A program made the position numbers and the translations under genes. Shown here piece after piece: positions 1-12,982 of a stretch of DNA of 35,143 nt; the first letter of the stretch is position 1, and every line of letters starts with the position of its first letter. The stretch spans positions 1 to 35,143 of the forward strand of contig ML002382.1 in NCBI GenBank assembly GCA_003614675.1. The letters are read 5' to 3'. This stretch comes from Dimargaris cristalligena. Its lineage: Eukaryota. A model generated the notes under the pieces. The model was given only the letters and a program-made list of their open reading frames with translations, searched no databases and had not been told where the DNA came from.

Positions 1-191
1 ATAAACGAAATATAACTATGATATAGAAGGTGATAAATGGATATAGCTATGATATGACATTGCAATTGATAAACTAAGCTAAATATAGTAAAACGGTAGT
101 AATTTGATTAATGGACGTTAGGTACATCATCGGTGACATCACCAAAGCTTAAGGGTGTTCAGTACCTGTCACAACACAACAACAACAACCA

Positions 192-264
192 GCTCGTTTG
201 GCTCAGTTGGCAGAGCGTCAGTCTCATAATCTGAAGGTCGGGAGTTCGAGCCTCCCAATGAGCA
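192..264 (+). tRNA. tRNA-Met (CAT), elongator type, intronless
   Basis: 73-nt cloverleaf: acceptor stem GCTCGTT/AATGAGC with discriminator A, A-box TGGCTCAGTTGG, anticodon arm TCAGT-CTCATAA-TCTGA with the U31-U39 mismatch typical of eukaryotic elongator tRNA-Met, and T-loop GTTCGAG. CAA repeats lie upstream. Confidence 0.97.
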
Positions 265-266
265 TC

Positions 267-273
267 TTTTTTT
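267..273 (+). terminator. RNA polymerase III oligo(dT) terminator of tRNA-Met
   Basis: Run of 7 T directly after the tRNA 3' end, with a second T run at ~284-293. Confidence 0.8.
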
Positions 274-761
274 GTACTCTGTATTTTTTTTTTCGTTTTA
301 AGTTGTTTGAAGCATGAACAAAACAATCATGTAGTTCTCGCCCATTTCCCCCAGTAATACTTACTTGAAATATGTAAATATACACCTTACTATTATATGT
401 ATGTCCTACTGAGAATTTCCCTTTATCCAACCGCCCATGTATAAGCGAGAAGGTGTATCACAATGTTTTAGGAAAGTGGGGAAGGCGGGATATACCAAAA
501 GAAGAACATCGAAACTATGATTAATTTCATCAGTATGGCCATGTTTTAACACACTATACCTAATCCACTAACTAAAGGTGCATGCTTGGCTGTAGTTTCA
601 TCCTAACATGTGGCCTTTAGGCAGAGCTTCGAGATCGCCAGGACTAATTAATAATCATAATAAATAGGTTTATTGCACCAATAAATTTACAATACACGAA
701 ATTCGTAGATATCAATAATTGTTTTGTCTCTAGTGGAGGCGAAGTGGCGATGTAGTGCCGT

Positions 762-1444
762 TCAACGAAGAGATTCTTGGGCCAGCATTCGGTTAAGGCT
801 GTCTTCTAAAGACCGGTTTTCATGATCTAGACCTTCGCATTCCTGCTGGGCGCTTTCTAAGCCGACCAAGAGTTCTGAAGGGATAATCACCGATATGAAT
901 AATACGTTCCCAAAAGGGTCGAAATTAGTCAATAGTTCTAGATACAGGCGATTGGGAATGGGATTTTACCCCGCCATAGGTTAGATAAGAAATAAGGGGG
1001 GGGTGATGGGCGAGAGGCCACGAAAACCCGACTATTATTGAAGATTACCATACCTTGAATATCACTTTGAAGGTCAATGGCCCGCCTTAAATTAGCATTT
1101 GAATAGCCCAATAATGGGACAGGATGGGCGCAGGTGATGAATAAAATGAGAAGGGCAGAGGAAGGCGTCAGTAAGAAATGAGTCGTGAAGGGTAAGGAAA
1201 CGCCGTATTTTCCGAAGCTCCAGGCAGATAATATCGAAGCCGTACGGGGAGAGACGGAATTTATTCAAAAAAAAAATGGCGAGTCGATACTACTAAGGCA
1301 GTACACAGGTATTGGGGTTGCTATAGCCGGAGGCAATGGGTGGGTGAAGGTTCGCTCGCACGTAACTTACTGTAGGAGTTCCTCACGGGAGAGTCGGCCT
1401 AAAGAACGGAGGCGCGTTTCCACTGACGTCGTTTCGGTGTGCAT
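762..1444 (-). CDS. Short coiled-coil protein, SCOC/Slo1 (DUF2205)-like, 72 aa, 3 exons
   Basis: Exons complement(1371..1444, 1054..1085, 762..874) total 219 nt, in frame, with GTAAGT/GTATGG donors and AAG/CAG acceptors. Protein MHTETTSVETRLRSLGRLSREELLQRAIDLQSDIQELLVGLESAQQECEGLDHENRSLEDSLNRMLAQESLR shows a heptad pattern and the 'L..EN..L....' spacing of SCOC. Confidence 0.75.
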
Positions 1445-2038
1445 GGTGTTTAAGAAAAGAGGGAGTCGTCAATGAAGAGAAAGTGAAATGGGAGAGCAGG
1501 GGCGTTGTGGTGTACGCCAAGGGCACCGGTATATGGTGTTGTGGTGTCAATGGAAAAGGTAAACAATAATAAGGTAGAGGGAGAGAGAGGAGGACGCAAG
1601 TTTTTGTGGCCAAGGCTATATTATATATACTACTGCACTTGGGCTAGTAAAGGAAACGAATATAGAACCAAGCCAATCCTTTACAGATGAGCCCTATATA
1701 TTGGACTATACTATGTGCACTCGAAAGGCCCCCGAACCTGACTCTCAAAGAGGGAAGGGGGGAGGTCCCACACCCGCTATTTTCAAGCTTTGCATCTTGG
1801 TTCTCGTCTCTTCCTCCTCTTCCAATTAACGTTTTCTAAACTATTATACGTCATTGACGCCCTCCCTTCGTTTGACGCATTCCTGTCGTGTATTCTCTCT
1901 CATTGGGCCGCCTAACTACTCGCTCGTCCTTTACTTTGTCTTTCGCAGAGAGCCCTCTTGGCACAGCTTTGTTTTCTGTTTTACTCTCCCCACTACCCAC
2001 CCCCTGCCCACTGCACTGCGCCGCAGAATCCGAACTAC

Positions 2039-3939
2039 ATGCCCAAGGAAGGCCCCGTCGATGAGCCCATGTCGTTGCCGTCACCTAGCGCCTCGGCCGC
2101 AGGGGCGGCCTCCGCCGTGTTCTTCCGGGACGCACGCTTTCTGACCCTCGTTAACCGGCTAGTCCCAGTAAGTAACTTCCCCACCACCCCGCTCCACTAC
2201 CAGAGCGATTGCTTCAACAACGAACTCCGACTGGAAGCGGCCCATGGTAAGTTTTACAATATTCTCTTCCATGCTCCCTCTACATTACCTCTGGTTTCCG
2301 GCCTTTATCTTCACGGCTACACCTTATCGGTCTAATGCCTATAGTGAATACTCTCCTCCCCAATGTGGAAGTCACCTGGACTCTTAGCTAACCCAGTGCC
2401 CCCCCTGGTCTGCTTTTATCTTGGATTCACCCTATGTTTGTGTTTTGCTGTCTTTAAAATCAACCACAGGTTTCAATCGGGATTTGGCTGACCCCGCTTC
2501 GTCCTCGTCACCGGCGACCGCCTCGCGTCGACCGACCGACCTGACTGACAAGTTATACGATATGCGTAATCCTGCTTATGTTGCCAACACTATTTTGACC
2601 TATGATTTGAACGAATTCGCCCGGTTTCTCGATAGCAATGCCACCAGTTTATCACGTAACGAGCCCGACTACTTGACCGTACGCCAGCTACAGGATTCCG
2701 ATCGGGCACGCTCTAGGTAGGTGTAGCACCCACCCCTCACCCTTCTCTCTCTTTCTTTGATTGGTCAACCGGTTTCTTTATCATCAGTCCTGATTATTTC
2801 CTCAAGTGCCCCTTCAATTTGTAAGCAGGGGAAAATATTCTCGATCTTACGGCTACTGGGAATGTCCCCTCCATAGTCCTTGAAATACTCATGTCGGAGA
2901 CTTTAATAAGTTTTTCTAAAATGAATTCCTGATTATTCATTACTCACTGACCTTCCTGTTCTGTTCATTCCCTTGGATCATCCCTAATAGTCTCGAGCAC
3001 GCCAATATCTTTTTCGATCAAGGCAACTTCAAAGAAGCCCTCGTGGAAGCCAACCGAGCGGTAAGATTACGGGCCGACTATATTGAAGCCTACCTCACCC
3101 GCACCCAACTGCTTTACCACGATCAACAGTACGAAGCGGCCTTTGCCGACCTTGACCGAGTATTCCGACTCGAAAAAGACCACCCCCAAGCGACCACCCT
3201 AGCCCGCCAATTCTCTAATCGGATGCCCTGAACCCAACACACCGCGAAAGCTCAGGCGCTGGGACAGTCGCTAGTACTCAAGGATTTACTGTTTGATCCT
3301 GTAGTAGCACAACATCCCACCAATAAGGAAATTATCCACCTGGGCCACCGGAGCAGCACCAGCAGCAGCAGCCGTATGAGTAGTAGTAGAAAACATAAAA
3401 AGAGGGACTCTGAAAAGGAGGTGGCTGTTTCGTCGTCATCCAATATAATCCAATCAGGAAATGGACAGCATCGCCCCATGCAGCCATCGGGTGGTAGTGT
3501 GGAGCACTCTAGATTATCGGAACAGCTGACCCGACGGAAACGTAATTACAGCCCCAGCCCCAGTCGGAGTCGAGACCGAAGCCAAAGTCGACCAGGACGT
3601 TCAAGACGGCGCCGAAGTCCAAGTCCTACCCCCAGTCAGTATAGCCGCTCTCGTCGTCGTCATCGTTATAGTCGTCACCACAACGGCAACGGTGACCCAA
3701 GTCATAGTCGGCTTCGCTCATACTCACGCCCCCGCTCGCGATCCCCTTCTCGTTCGCGTTTGCATAAACACCGCCATGAGAAATCCCGGGCCGATGAATC
3801 CTCCCATGCGACAACAACCCACCACCACCGCCGATGGCGAATCCGTTTACCCAGTCGGCGGCGGTCCCGCTCACCTTCCCCGACTTTATCGTCCCGCCAA
3901 AAGGCCCGGTCCCGTCGAACCCATAGTCCCCGGTCATAA
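2039..3939 (+). CDS. TTC14-like TPR protein with Arg/Ser-rich C-terminal region; single in-frame TGA at 3229-3231
   Basis: Exons 2039..2246, 2470..2716 and 2991..(3231 or 3939), with GTAAGT/GTAGGT donors and CAG/TAG acceptors. 'NPAYV...EPDYLTVRQLQDSDRARSSLEHANIFFDQGNFKEALVEANRAVRLRADYIEAYLTR' resembles the pre-TPR and TPR segment of TTC14. The same frame stays open for 235 codons after the TGA into an RS/SPSP-rich tail. Confidence 0.7.
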
Positions 3940-4835
3940 TAATAGACCCCAACCGCGGGTCTGATCCGCAGTTGGTTGGTTCTGAACTAAGCGTTCACTT
4001 CCGAGACCATTTTTAGGCTATTTTGGTATGCCTGCGGCACTCCTTTATTATTATTTCAGCGAATATAAACCATTAACCAATTCGAGTTATAGTTCCGAAA
4101 TTCGCTAGGTATTTCTCCGAATAAACGTGAAACCTTAAACTAACTCACCAGAAGAGGTTTCTTTCATTTTTCATTCGCATCGTTATGTATATTTATACTA
4201 TCCTAAACCCACTCATACTTGGCTATCAATTAAATGTCAAATATAAAAAACTTTGTTGAAAAAATTTTGTACAGTCAAATATTTGTATGAGGGAGCAAAA
4301 GTAGAGCAGTAGCTGAATATCGAATCCAGGCCATGGTAGAGTGTAAATAATAAATGTATAAAAAAAAATTAGCCGCAGTAGCCTTCAGGGCCACCCAAGA
4401 TAACAGTAAAATAAAGAGGAGAGAGAGGTGAAGAGAGATGGAATGTGCGAGGCGAAGAGATAGAGAATGTGAGGAAAAGAGCAATTGGGTCTCTTATAAA
4501 TGTGTATAAATTTTTGTAAAGATCAAAATAAAAAATAATATAAAAAACAACAACGATGCGCGGGTGGGAGAGAATTGATACGGGATGAAATGGTCGGGAA
4601 AATACGACCTTATGATACGACAACACTTACAAATGTTAATATATATATATAATAGGTATATATAGAGAGTGTGGGGCGTGAAAATACGGATGATGGTGGT
4701 GTATTCATAAAGACACTTTGAAACCAACCGCCATGGGCACAAGTCGACCCTGTAAAAAAATTGTTAAGATAAAGATCAAGAATGGGGGTGGTCGGGTAAA
4801 CCTACTAGTTTAGGTCCATTTTTGATAGATGACGC

Positions 4836-7800
4836 CTAAGCTTCAGTTTCGCTTGACCATTCCGCCCCTTCTCCGTGACCGCCGTCATCCTGGCCCTGCT
4901 CTTGATCCTGGCCTTGGTCTTCGTCGTGGTCATTCGACCCTTCCACCACCTCCACTTTATCGAGCTGGCCCACCCCCGTCATAAATTTACCGGGATCGGC
5001 CTGCACCATATTCATAAACAAATCCAACGCCGCTTGCAAATATTCCGGATGCTGGGTGAATACGGCGGGTGCGTCTTCGAGCACTTTGAGGGCCCCTGCT
5101 GACTGTTGGGAGTATAAACTACGCGTGGCATGGTCGATACGGGTGATAAGGTTGTCGGCCGCACGGAGGAGGTCGGGTTCGTGGAGGGACTGGGCCGGGC
5201 CACTGAACCGGTAGGGCTCAAAAGGACGATGGCTTGACGTATCGGACTTTGATTGGGCATTGGCAGAGAGGTGGTCGTTAATGAAGAATTGGGAAAGGCG
5301 TTCCACTCGGAAACAAATCTGTTCCAAATGCCATAGTGATTCCCGACTGATAAGGTGTGAGGTAGGCGAAGGTGACTCAACGATCGGAGCCCCGAAAGAA
5401 CCGCTCAAGCGATCGAATCCACCGTTGGAGCCACCCAGCATACTGATGGATGAACCATTATGTATCATTAAGCTGGCCCGATTACCCGTCGACTGGCTTA
5501 ACCCTCCACCGCTCGTGCTGCCGCTTTGACTCGCATTTAAGGCAAACGGGGGTGAGCCGTACACGCTTCCCACCCCGGACGATACCTGGTAGTTGGATAA
5601 ACTGCGGTTGCGGCGGTGCAGGGGTTGCGATGGAATGCCCACGATACTGGTACGTAGGGCCGAAAATTCCGGAGATAGGCCTGGCAGGGTATCCACGGGG
5701 GGGCGGACAATAATCCGCGGACCGGAAGATGGGGAAATGGTGGGTAACTCGGACCCCTCTACTAGGGTGGACAGGTCGGATTTGTCGCGCTGGGAACGTA
5801 GCCGGGGAGAGTTATTAAGCGATAAGCTGGGTGGGGTCAGGTTGTCCACCGACTTGAAGGAAATAGGCGTGACCGTGCTGATTCTACCTCCAACTCCGGT
5901 GGATGAGTCTCCGGATCCACTAGGCTGGGAGGGCGCGGCTGTGGTCGTAGTAGGGAACGCAGCGGTTGAGGCATCGCCCATGGGTAGTAAATTCGGCATC
6001 CCTGATGCAGTCGATGTACCCGTGACGGGTGTATTCGCACCGGTCGTATTAGTCGCCATACTAGGGGCCCCAGTCGAGCCAGGAGTGGCCGCCCCGATTT
6101 CAACCGCCCCAGTCACTGTACCCCCTTCAACCTGAGCTGCTCCCACCGCGGTTCCAGCGGCGGGTGGATTCGCCAACTCCGCCTTTTGCTTCTCGAATTC
6201 CAAACGTCCCGCCAAATCCTTAGGGTAAGCCAACACCAAAGTTTCCGGGGTTTCCAATCCCTTCAGGCGCCGTTCCCCTTTCAGAATCATATTCAGGCCT
6301 AGTTTGTTTAAGCCCTGGATATCCCGAATGACCTGTTCGCGGGTGACTTTGGCGAAGGTATTGTTTAAATAGGCGGTAGCGGAGAGAGCGGCGATGGAGG
6401 TATTGGAAGCGATGGATGACGAATGGCTACCACTGATGGGGTGGTGTATGCCGCTGATACTGGCTATACTATCCCCACCAGCACCGGGAGTAGTAACAGT
6501 ATTAGCTGCACCCACACCTGGGGCACTGCTAATGCTACCATTACTACTATTAACCAGCCCATTCTGACTCATAAACGTCGACCCCGAGGTATCAAACATA
6601 TTCATATTAAATATGATTTCCGAAACCACGTCCTGGCTTACGTAGATTTGACCCCCGTCGGCAGCACCGCAAATTCGGGCTGTTCGGTTGACCATGGGTC
6701 CGAAATAGTCCATCCGTTTAGTTACGGGGTCTTCCTCGCACACGGGGGAACCCCAATGCACGCCCATTCGTACCCATAAACCGCGGTAAATGAGTTGATT
6801 CGCATCGGTCGGGGAATAGATTTCGCGTCCGTCGGCGGAGTCGAGGATCTCCTGGGGCCAGTCGGCCTTGAGGAGTTGGAGTTGGACGGAAAGGCACCAG
6901 TGGAGGGCGGAGGGGACGGTGGCGAAGGACACCATGAATGCATCCCCTTCGGTTTTGACTTCGTAGCCACCGATGGTACGGAGCTCGCGACGCATGATGT
7001 GATTGTGGACCCGGATGGCCGACCGCATGGCCACGGGGATGGTTTCCCAGAGGAAGGTGGAGTTTTTGATGTCGGTGAACACCAGGGCTACGTCACCCGT
7101 CGGGGGCTCGACTTCCCGGTCAAGACGGGCCAGAGTAGAATCGGCGGGTAAGTCGTCCTTGGCGCCCCGCCGGGCCCGACTAATCACAGTGGGAGGCATG
7201 GAAGGCATATGGGATGGAACGTGGGCGAGTAGAGCCCCAATACCGTTGGGGTCATCTTTGAGGTCACCCAGGGAGAATTTACCCCAGTTGGCGGGGAGGA
7301 CGCGGGACCGGGCGTTGCGGTTACGGAGGCTCGTCGCTTGGCGACACAGGTCGCGCATACCCAGCACCATGACCATGAGTGATTTATCGGCACCGTAGGA
7401 TATGGCGTAATCGCGCAATTTCTGGGCGGCCAGGTTCATGTCATGGCGTAACGTCCGGGCCACATCGACCGCCATTTGGTGTGACAGATAATCCCATAGA
7501 CCACGACTCGCAATAATCAGGAACTCGTCCTCCTCGGTGACTTCGAGGTGATAGACACTGGGGTTAGCGTTCACGTAGGGCAGGAGGTGGAAGTACCCGA
7601 ACGACCGTGTCACTTCCACTTCACCCTGGACCAGCCCCTCCTGTGAAATGTACCCGCCCGCTTCTCGGATACGCGTCACTTCGTCGGGGTTAGCCGGGGT
7701 GTGTTTATCCGACAACAGCTCGGCCCGCCCTTTACGTGACGCCACGGCCATGATATTGCCCACGTTGGCCAGGTACACGTTATTGCCAACGAAGTAGGCA

Positions 7801-10800
7801 AACAGGGCACTGGCCCCCAGTTTGGAGTCGTCCCCACTGCTTCGTTCAGTATGGCTACCCAGGTGTTTATTCAGAGCCAGGAAAGCCCGCCGTAAAGCGG
7901 CAGGGGGGGCTTCGTCGCTGCGTAATTTGTCCAGCTCGGCTTTGAGAATCGGGGCCACCTGGTCGTTCAAGCAGGCAAACAAGCGCGAACCACCTCCTTC
8001 CTCGCCGCTTAGCTTATCGGCATCGGTAATCCCATTCCCGCCGTGATTGTTCGGGAGGTTTCTACCTGGGGTGGCTGAAGCGGAGTTAGTCGAGGGGGAC
8101 GGACTATCGAACAGACCAAAGAGCGACTCGTCCATCCGACCTCTAAAACTTGGCACCACGAAATCCCACAGGCACAAATTTTCGTCGGGCCCCAATTTAT
8201 CCGCCATGCCGTACTGGATCGAGTCTACTACCGACGGCGTCGTTCGCACACGCCTCGTCGCCGTCTGGTCCGGCGGACTCACCACCATGGTCACATCCAT
8301 CAACCCCAACACCCGCAGGCTCGTCAATGCCCTAAAGTGGGCCAAGTCACGGTCGTGTTTCCCGTGGGGGGCGACCACGTCCATGTGGCTGCGTTTAATT
8401 TCCAAGCGCTTGTTGTTGGATAAGTTGAGGTACTGGAGGTCGAGATTCCAGTTCCAATTCCAATCGTACGGCCAGTTGGAGATGTTGTAGCGGAGCGTAT
8501 TGCTACCCGCGTCGAGTACCGTGAGTTTGCCGATTTTGCCCAGTTCCGCAGGCAGGGTCTGGAGTTTGTTCGCGTTGACGTGGAGAACCCGGAGGGCACG
8601 AAGACGGTCCAGGTCCTCCCCAGGTAGGGTGGCGATTTGGGTACCCGATAGATACAACTCCACCAAATTGGTGTGGTGGTAAAAGGCGCCTGCGGGGATT
8701 TCGTAGATCTGTTCATTGAAGGATAAATTGAGGATCCGCAGTTCCTCAAGATACGTCAGGGGGGTGAAAATTTCCTCGTTGAAGTAATTACCTCCCATAC
8801 GGAGATCCATCAGGGTTTGGCAGAGCGGGGGTACGTTGCCCGCTAACGAGGTTCGATTAATTCCATTGGCATTGTTGCCGTTATCGTCACCATTGCCTTC
8901 CAGATCAGCGTCGAACTGACTTTGCGAGCGACTCAGAGTACGATTAATACCATTGGCACCCGTAATAGCGGAAATCCGACTGACCCGACCGGACGCCGTT
9001 TCATCGAGGGAGGATTTACGGTAGCCGCCGTAGTCGCGGACATGATGTCCCTTACCACCGGGTAAGACGGAGCGCCGCCGCTGATTGTCATCCATCGCCA
9101 GCGGAGAGGATACTGCCCCCGCGCCTGGACCGACTCCGCCGGTAAGAAGCGGGGATGGGAATGCTGCCGCTGCCGAACGGCTTCGTTCGAGCTGCGACGG
9201 ATGGGGGAAAAACTCGAGTAAGTTGGAACTTATGTTGAGCGTTCGAAGTTTCGGCGCCATCCAAATATCGACAAAGAGCGACTTGATGTTATTACTATGT
9301 ACATCCAATATTTCCAGTCGGGGCAGGCCGGCCACCTCCACGGGGAGCGATGTCAGATTATTGTTGGTACACGCCAGATGCCTTAGTCGGGATAGTTGGC
9401 CAATCGATTTGGGGAGGGAGGTCAGGTGGTTGTTGTTGATTTCGACATGCTGCAAGGAGGGTAAGAATGTAAACAGGTCGGCGGACAGTTCGTTGATTTG
9501 GCAGTGGGACAGTTTAAGGTGGACCAAGGTGTGGGAGGCGTCCCGCAGGAAAAAGTTGGTTAAGTGACTCTTGGCCAGCGACAAGTCCTTCAGGGCTTGG
9601 AAATCGCCGCTCAGTTTGGACAGGGAGTTGTGGTCACAGTACAGGATTTGTAGACGGGGGAGGCGGGAGAGAATCATGATATCCTGAATATGGTTCCGCC
9701 GCACGTCCAGTTTCTCGAGGCGTCGGAGATTTTTAAAGGTCACCGGGAGGGCCCCCGTCAAGCGATTGCAGAGGAACGACAGGTTACGTAAATCCTTTAG
9801 CTGGCCAATGCTTTCGGGGATGGCTGGGATGAAATTGAAGGACAAATCCAGCTGGGTCAGGGTTGTGATTTCACACAGCACTTCGGGGAAATTGGTGAGA
9901 TTATTGTTGGACAGGATGAGCCGGCGCAAAGTCTTGAAACGGGCGAAAGTGGGTGGGATACTCTGGAGGCGATTATTACGAATCAGCAGATCCTGGAGAT
10001 TGCGCAGCTCCTCTAGGTGCGCATCGTTCAAGTGGTGGAATTCATTGCCGGATAGATCCAGTAAAATCAGACTACTGATGTAGCGTATGCTCTGGGGTAC
10101 CCGGCGGTACTGACAGGTGGCCAGCCGAAGCTCGCGCAATTCGGTACAGAGCTGGGTGAAATCGGTGGGTAGGTCAATTTTGAGGTTCTTGGATAGATTC
10201 AGGTAGAGGATTTTACTCGGATCGTGGTAGAGGGACACCGGGATAGTCTGCAAGCGATGGCCCTTGAGGTCGATTTGGCGTCCGGCGTGAATTAAGTGGT
10301 CCAAATTGGCCGACACGCTGGGGATGGCCGCTTCAATTAGGGTGAATTGGCATAGATAGGTGTTGTCTTCCCGCATATGGGCCGATAGGTTGTCCTCCCG
10401 CGTATACCCCATTTGCTCCAAGTAGTCCCGTAGCATTAGTACGGGTTTTTCGGAAGCGCGGAGGGTCCGCTCCAATGAGTTGGCCTTTTTCACGTACAAA
10501 CAGTACTTGGATGAGTTCTCGATGTAGAACTTCTTGGCGGCTAACTGAATAATTTCGGCCGATGTGGAATTGAGGCGACAAGCCACGGTACAGAATGTCA
10601 GATCCCGACGGTAAATACGGAGGTAATATGCTGTATCATCCACCTCGGGTTCGCCCTCCTCCTCGCTGCCATCGTCTAGCCCGGCCTCATTATCGGGACC
10701 CTCGGGCCCACCCGGAAGGATGGCCCATGAATCGGGCGGGGCCCATAACTCGGGGGACTCTGCACCACCGTCGCCGTCGGAACCCCCGAAGAAATCACGG

Positions 10801-12982
10801 GGCCCTCCAACGACCGAGGGTAGGGTAGACATGGGGGGCAGGGCCCCGTTAGGACCACCGGGTTCCGAGCCGAGCCCCTCCCGATAGGGCAACGAGGTAT
10901 TGGAATTGGAGGCGGTGCGGGAATTCATGCCGATGGCGTTGTGCCGCTCTGACTCGTGTAACGTATCGCGGTCCGAATAGTCGTCATAGAGGCTACGTTG
11001 GTTGGAACCCCGGCGGGAGTAGTTGAAGGTATCGGGGTAGTCCTTGAGCGAATGGGCCTTGTCCATATTAACAATGCCTTCCATATCGCTCACATTGGTA
11101 TCGACTGGAAACGGGGATCAGAAAAGGGGACATGGGGAATGGCATCAGGGGTCAACGCCGAATAATGGGAATTATTAGAAGAGGTTTCGACCGGGGTTAT
11201 GGATAAAGTGGCGGGAAAGGGGAATAGCAGGGCCCCAAGGTAGGAATGTGCCCAGCAGCACTATATTTCGGGGTAGGGGAGTCAATACGGCCGATTCTGA
11301 CAACCATGGGAATCCGATTTGGCCAAAAAATTCACGGAAAGCACACAATTTCCTAAAATAGACTGCCTGTCTGCGGTGAGTCAGGGGTAGTAATATTAAC
11401 AGTGTATTGGCATCTCCCTCCCAAAAAAATATAAAGAATACTTACGTTGTAGGTCATAGTTATCAGCCGCCGATGGCTGCTTAAGTCGGAATGATTAATG
11501 GTCAACCCCGACAAAGGTCAAAAATAATAGCGTGGGTAAATTGCAGTAAATTAGATTAGTGGCCACTTAATTGAAATATAGAAAAGGGTCGATCAAGCTC
11601 ATTCGTGAATGTCGATGGAAATGCCCGGCCCGGAATCCAATGGATAGAGCGAAGCCCATTTTTAAAATATTGAAGCGCGGTATAGCAGTACCGGTTTAAA
11701 GCTAATAATGTTAACTACTTGAGAGACTCGTACCTTGCCAGGTGGAGGGCGTGAGAGGGACGATACGAGATGGCCCAGGCCCCAGCTGCTGTTGCTCCCA
11801 CCATCACTGCCACTTCGCTTTTCACGATGCTTGGCAATTTTCTGTCGCTCGGCCTCTTGCTCGGCTGGTGAGGTGCACGGGTTGCGGATTAAAGTAAGTA
11901 ACGAAGGGAATGTTAGTCGAACTGAGACGGTGTGAGGTGGGAAGAGAAAGGCGGACAATGGCCCTGCCGTGAACCCTTCCATAGATTGGGGACTTTTCAA
12001 AATATGAGTAAACACCCCATCAGTTGACTGGGGTAATGGGGTTGATGAATGCCGTGTAGGTCTTACCCTTCTCCTTATCGCGGTTCTTCCTCCGTTTGAA
12101 AAAGGGGAACCCTTTCTTTTTTTCCTTCGTCGGGGAATGATGCGAGGGTGGGTATACATTGGGGGAATTGGGGACCGGGGTCAGTGAACTGGTCCGGTAT
12201 GCCACCGGGGGCTGCTGACCACCACTACCACTATGGTGTACATGCGTCGTACTACTACTAACGCTACTATTCAGCGAATAATTAGCCAGTGGATTAGCGC
12301 CTTGGAGTTGGTTTGGTCGGCCCGGTGGGTGGGGGGAGTCGAGCTGGGCTGGCCCGGAAATTAATGTCCGAGCCGTGTCGTTGGAATTGCGGGGCGATAC
12401 GTTGGCCGCAGCAGGTGGGTAGGTGGCTTCGTTTAGCAAGCCATGCTGGGCTCGACTAGGTGGATGTATGCGATGGGTGGGATGCCGCGAGTCGGACTGC
12501 TTAGAGGCTCGTAGGGGAGTTGGGCTTCCGGGGTAACCGCCACTGTCGAGACCATTGGGCCGAGGGGGCGGGACCGGCGAGGCCATCTGTTGGCTTATGG
12601 TTGCGGGTAGGCGGGACCTACTCCCGCCCGGCGGGGTAGGGTAAGAAGAGGGGTGAATGGACGGCTGGATGTTCGGAGCGGATAGATTGCGCGGAGTGGC
12701 CGTGGGGTCACCACTGCTGGATGGTGGTGGCGGTTGAACCGGGGTGGGTTGAAATGAGGGGCGCTGGGCAAGAGGGGAGGGTCGGAGACTACTAGTTGGG
12801 TTGCTACCGAAGCGGTTTGAAAAGCGTTGGTGTGGCTCATTCTCGGGGTTGGGGCGGGGCGGGGCGAGTGGAGGACCACCCAAGGGAACTAGACTGGGAT
12901 ATGGAAGGCCAGCGGGGGAAGGCACCGCGGGCAATGGGGCCTCTTGGTAATAGGATGTGGGGCTCTTCTCGGGCGAGGGCAT
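4836..12982 (-). CDS. CYR1: Fungal adenylate cyclase, ~2448 aa, 4 exons (Pro-rich N-terminus, Ras-association, LRRs, PP2C-like, class III cyclase, C-terminal CAP-binding region)
   Basis: Exons complement(12067..12982, 11734..11864, 11446..11476, 4836..11104) total 7347 nt, in frame. Splicing restores the conserved 'LDTNxxDMEGIV' motif. Also present: WAPPDSWA, many LxxLxLxxN repeats, YNISNWPYDWNWNWN, catalytic VFTDIKNST/EVKTEGDAFM/MDYFGPMVNRTAR/GGQI and LKGLE. The start codon is the least certain part. Confidence 0.96.

Noticed and set aside
224-430. 68-aa minus-strand ORF
   Set aside because: Antisense to the tRNA and its T-rich terminator, TTG start, no coding character.
3944-3985. Hairpin after the TTC14-like gene as a possible SECIS for the in-frame TGA
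   Set aside because: The CCAAC.GCGG/CCGC.GTTGG stem is real but short. It lacks the AUGA/GA quartet and apical AA spacing, and the TGA is not in a redox motif.
4875-10858. Many short ORFs overlapping CYR1 in other frames or strands
   Set aside because: Shadow ORFs expected in a GC-rich 6-kb exon; no motifs.
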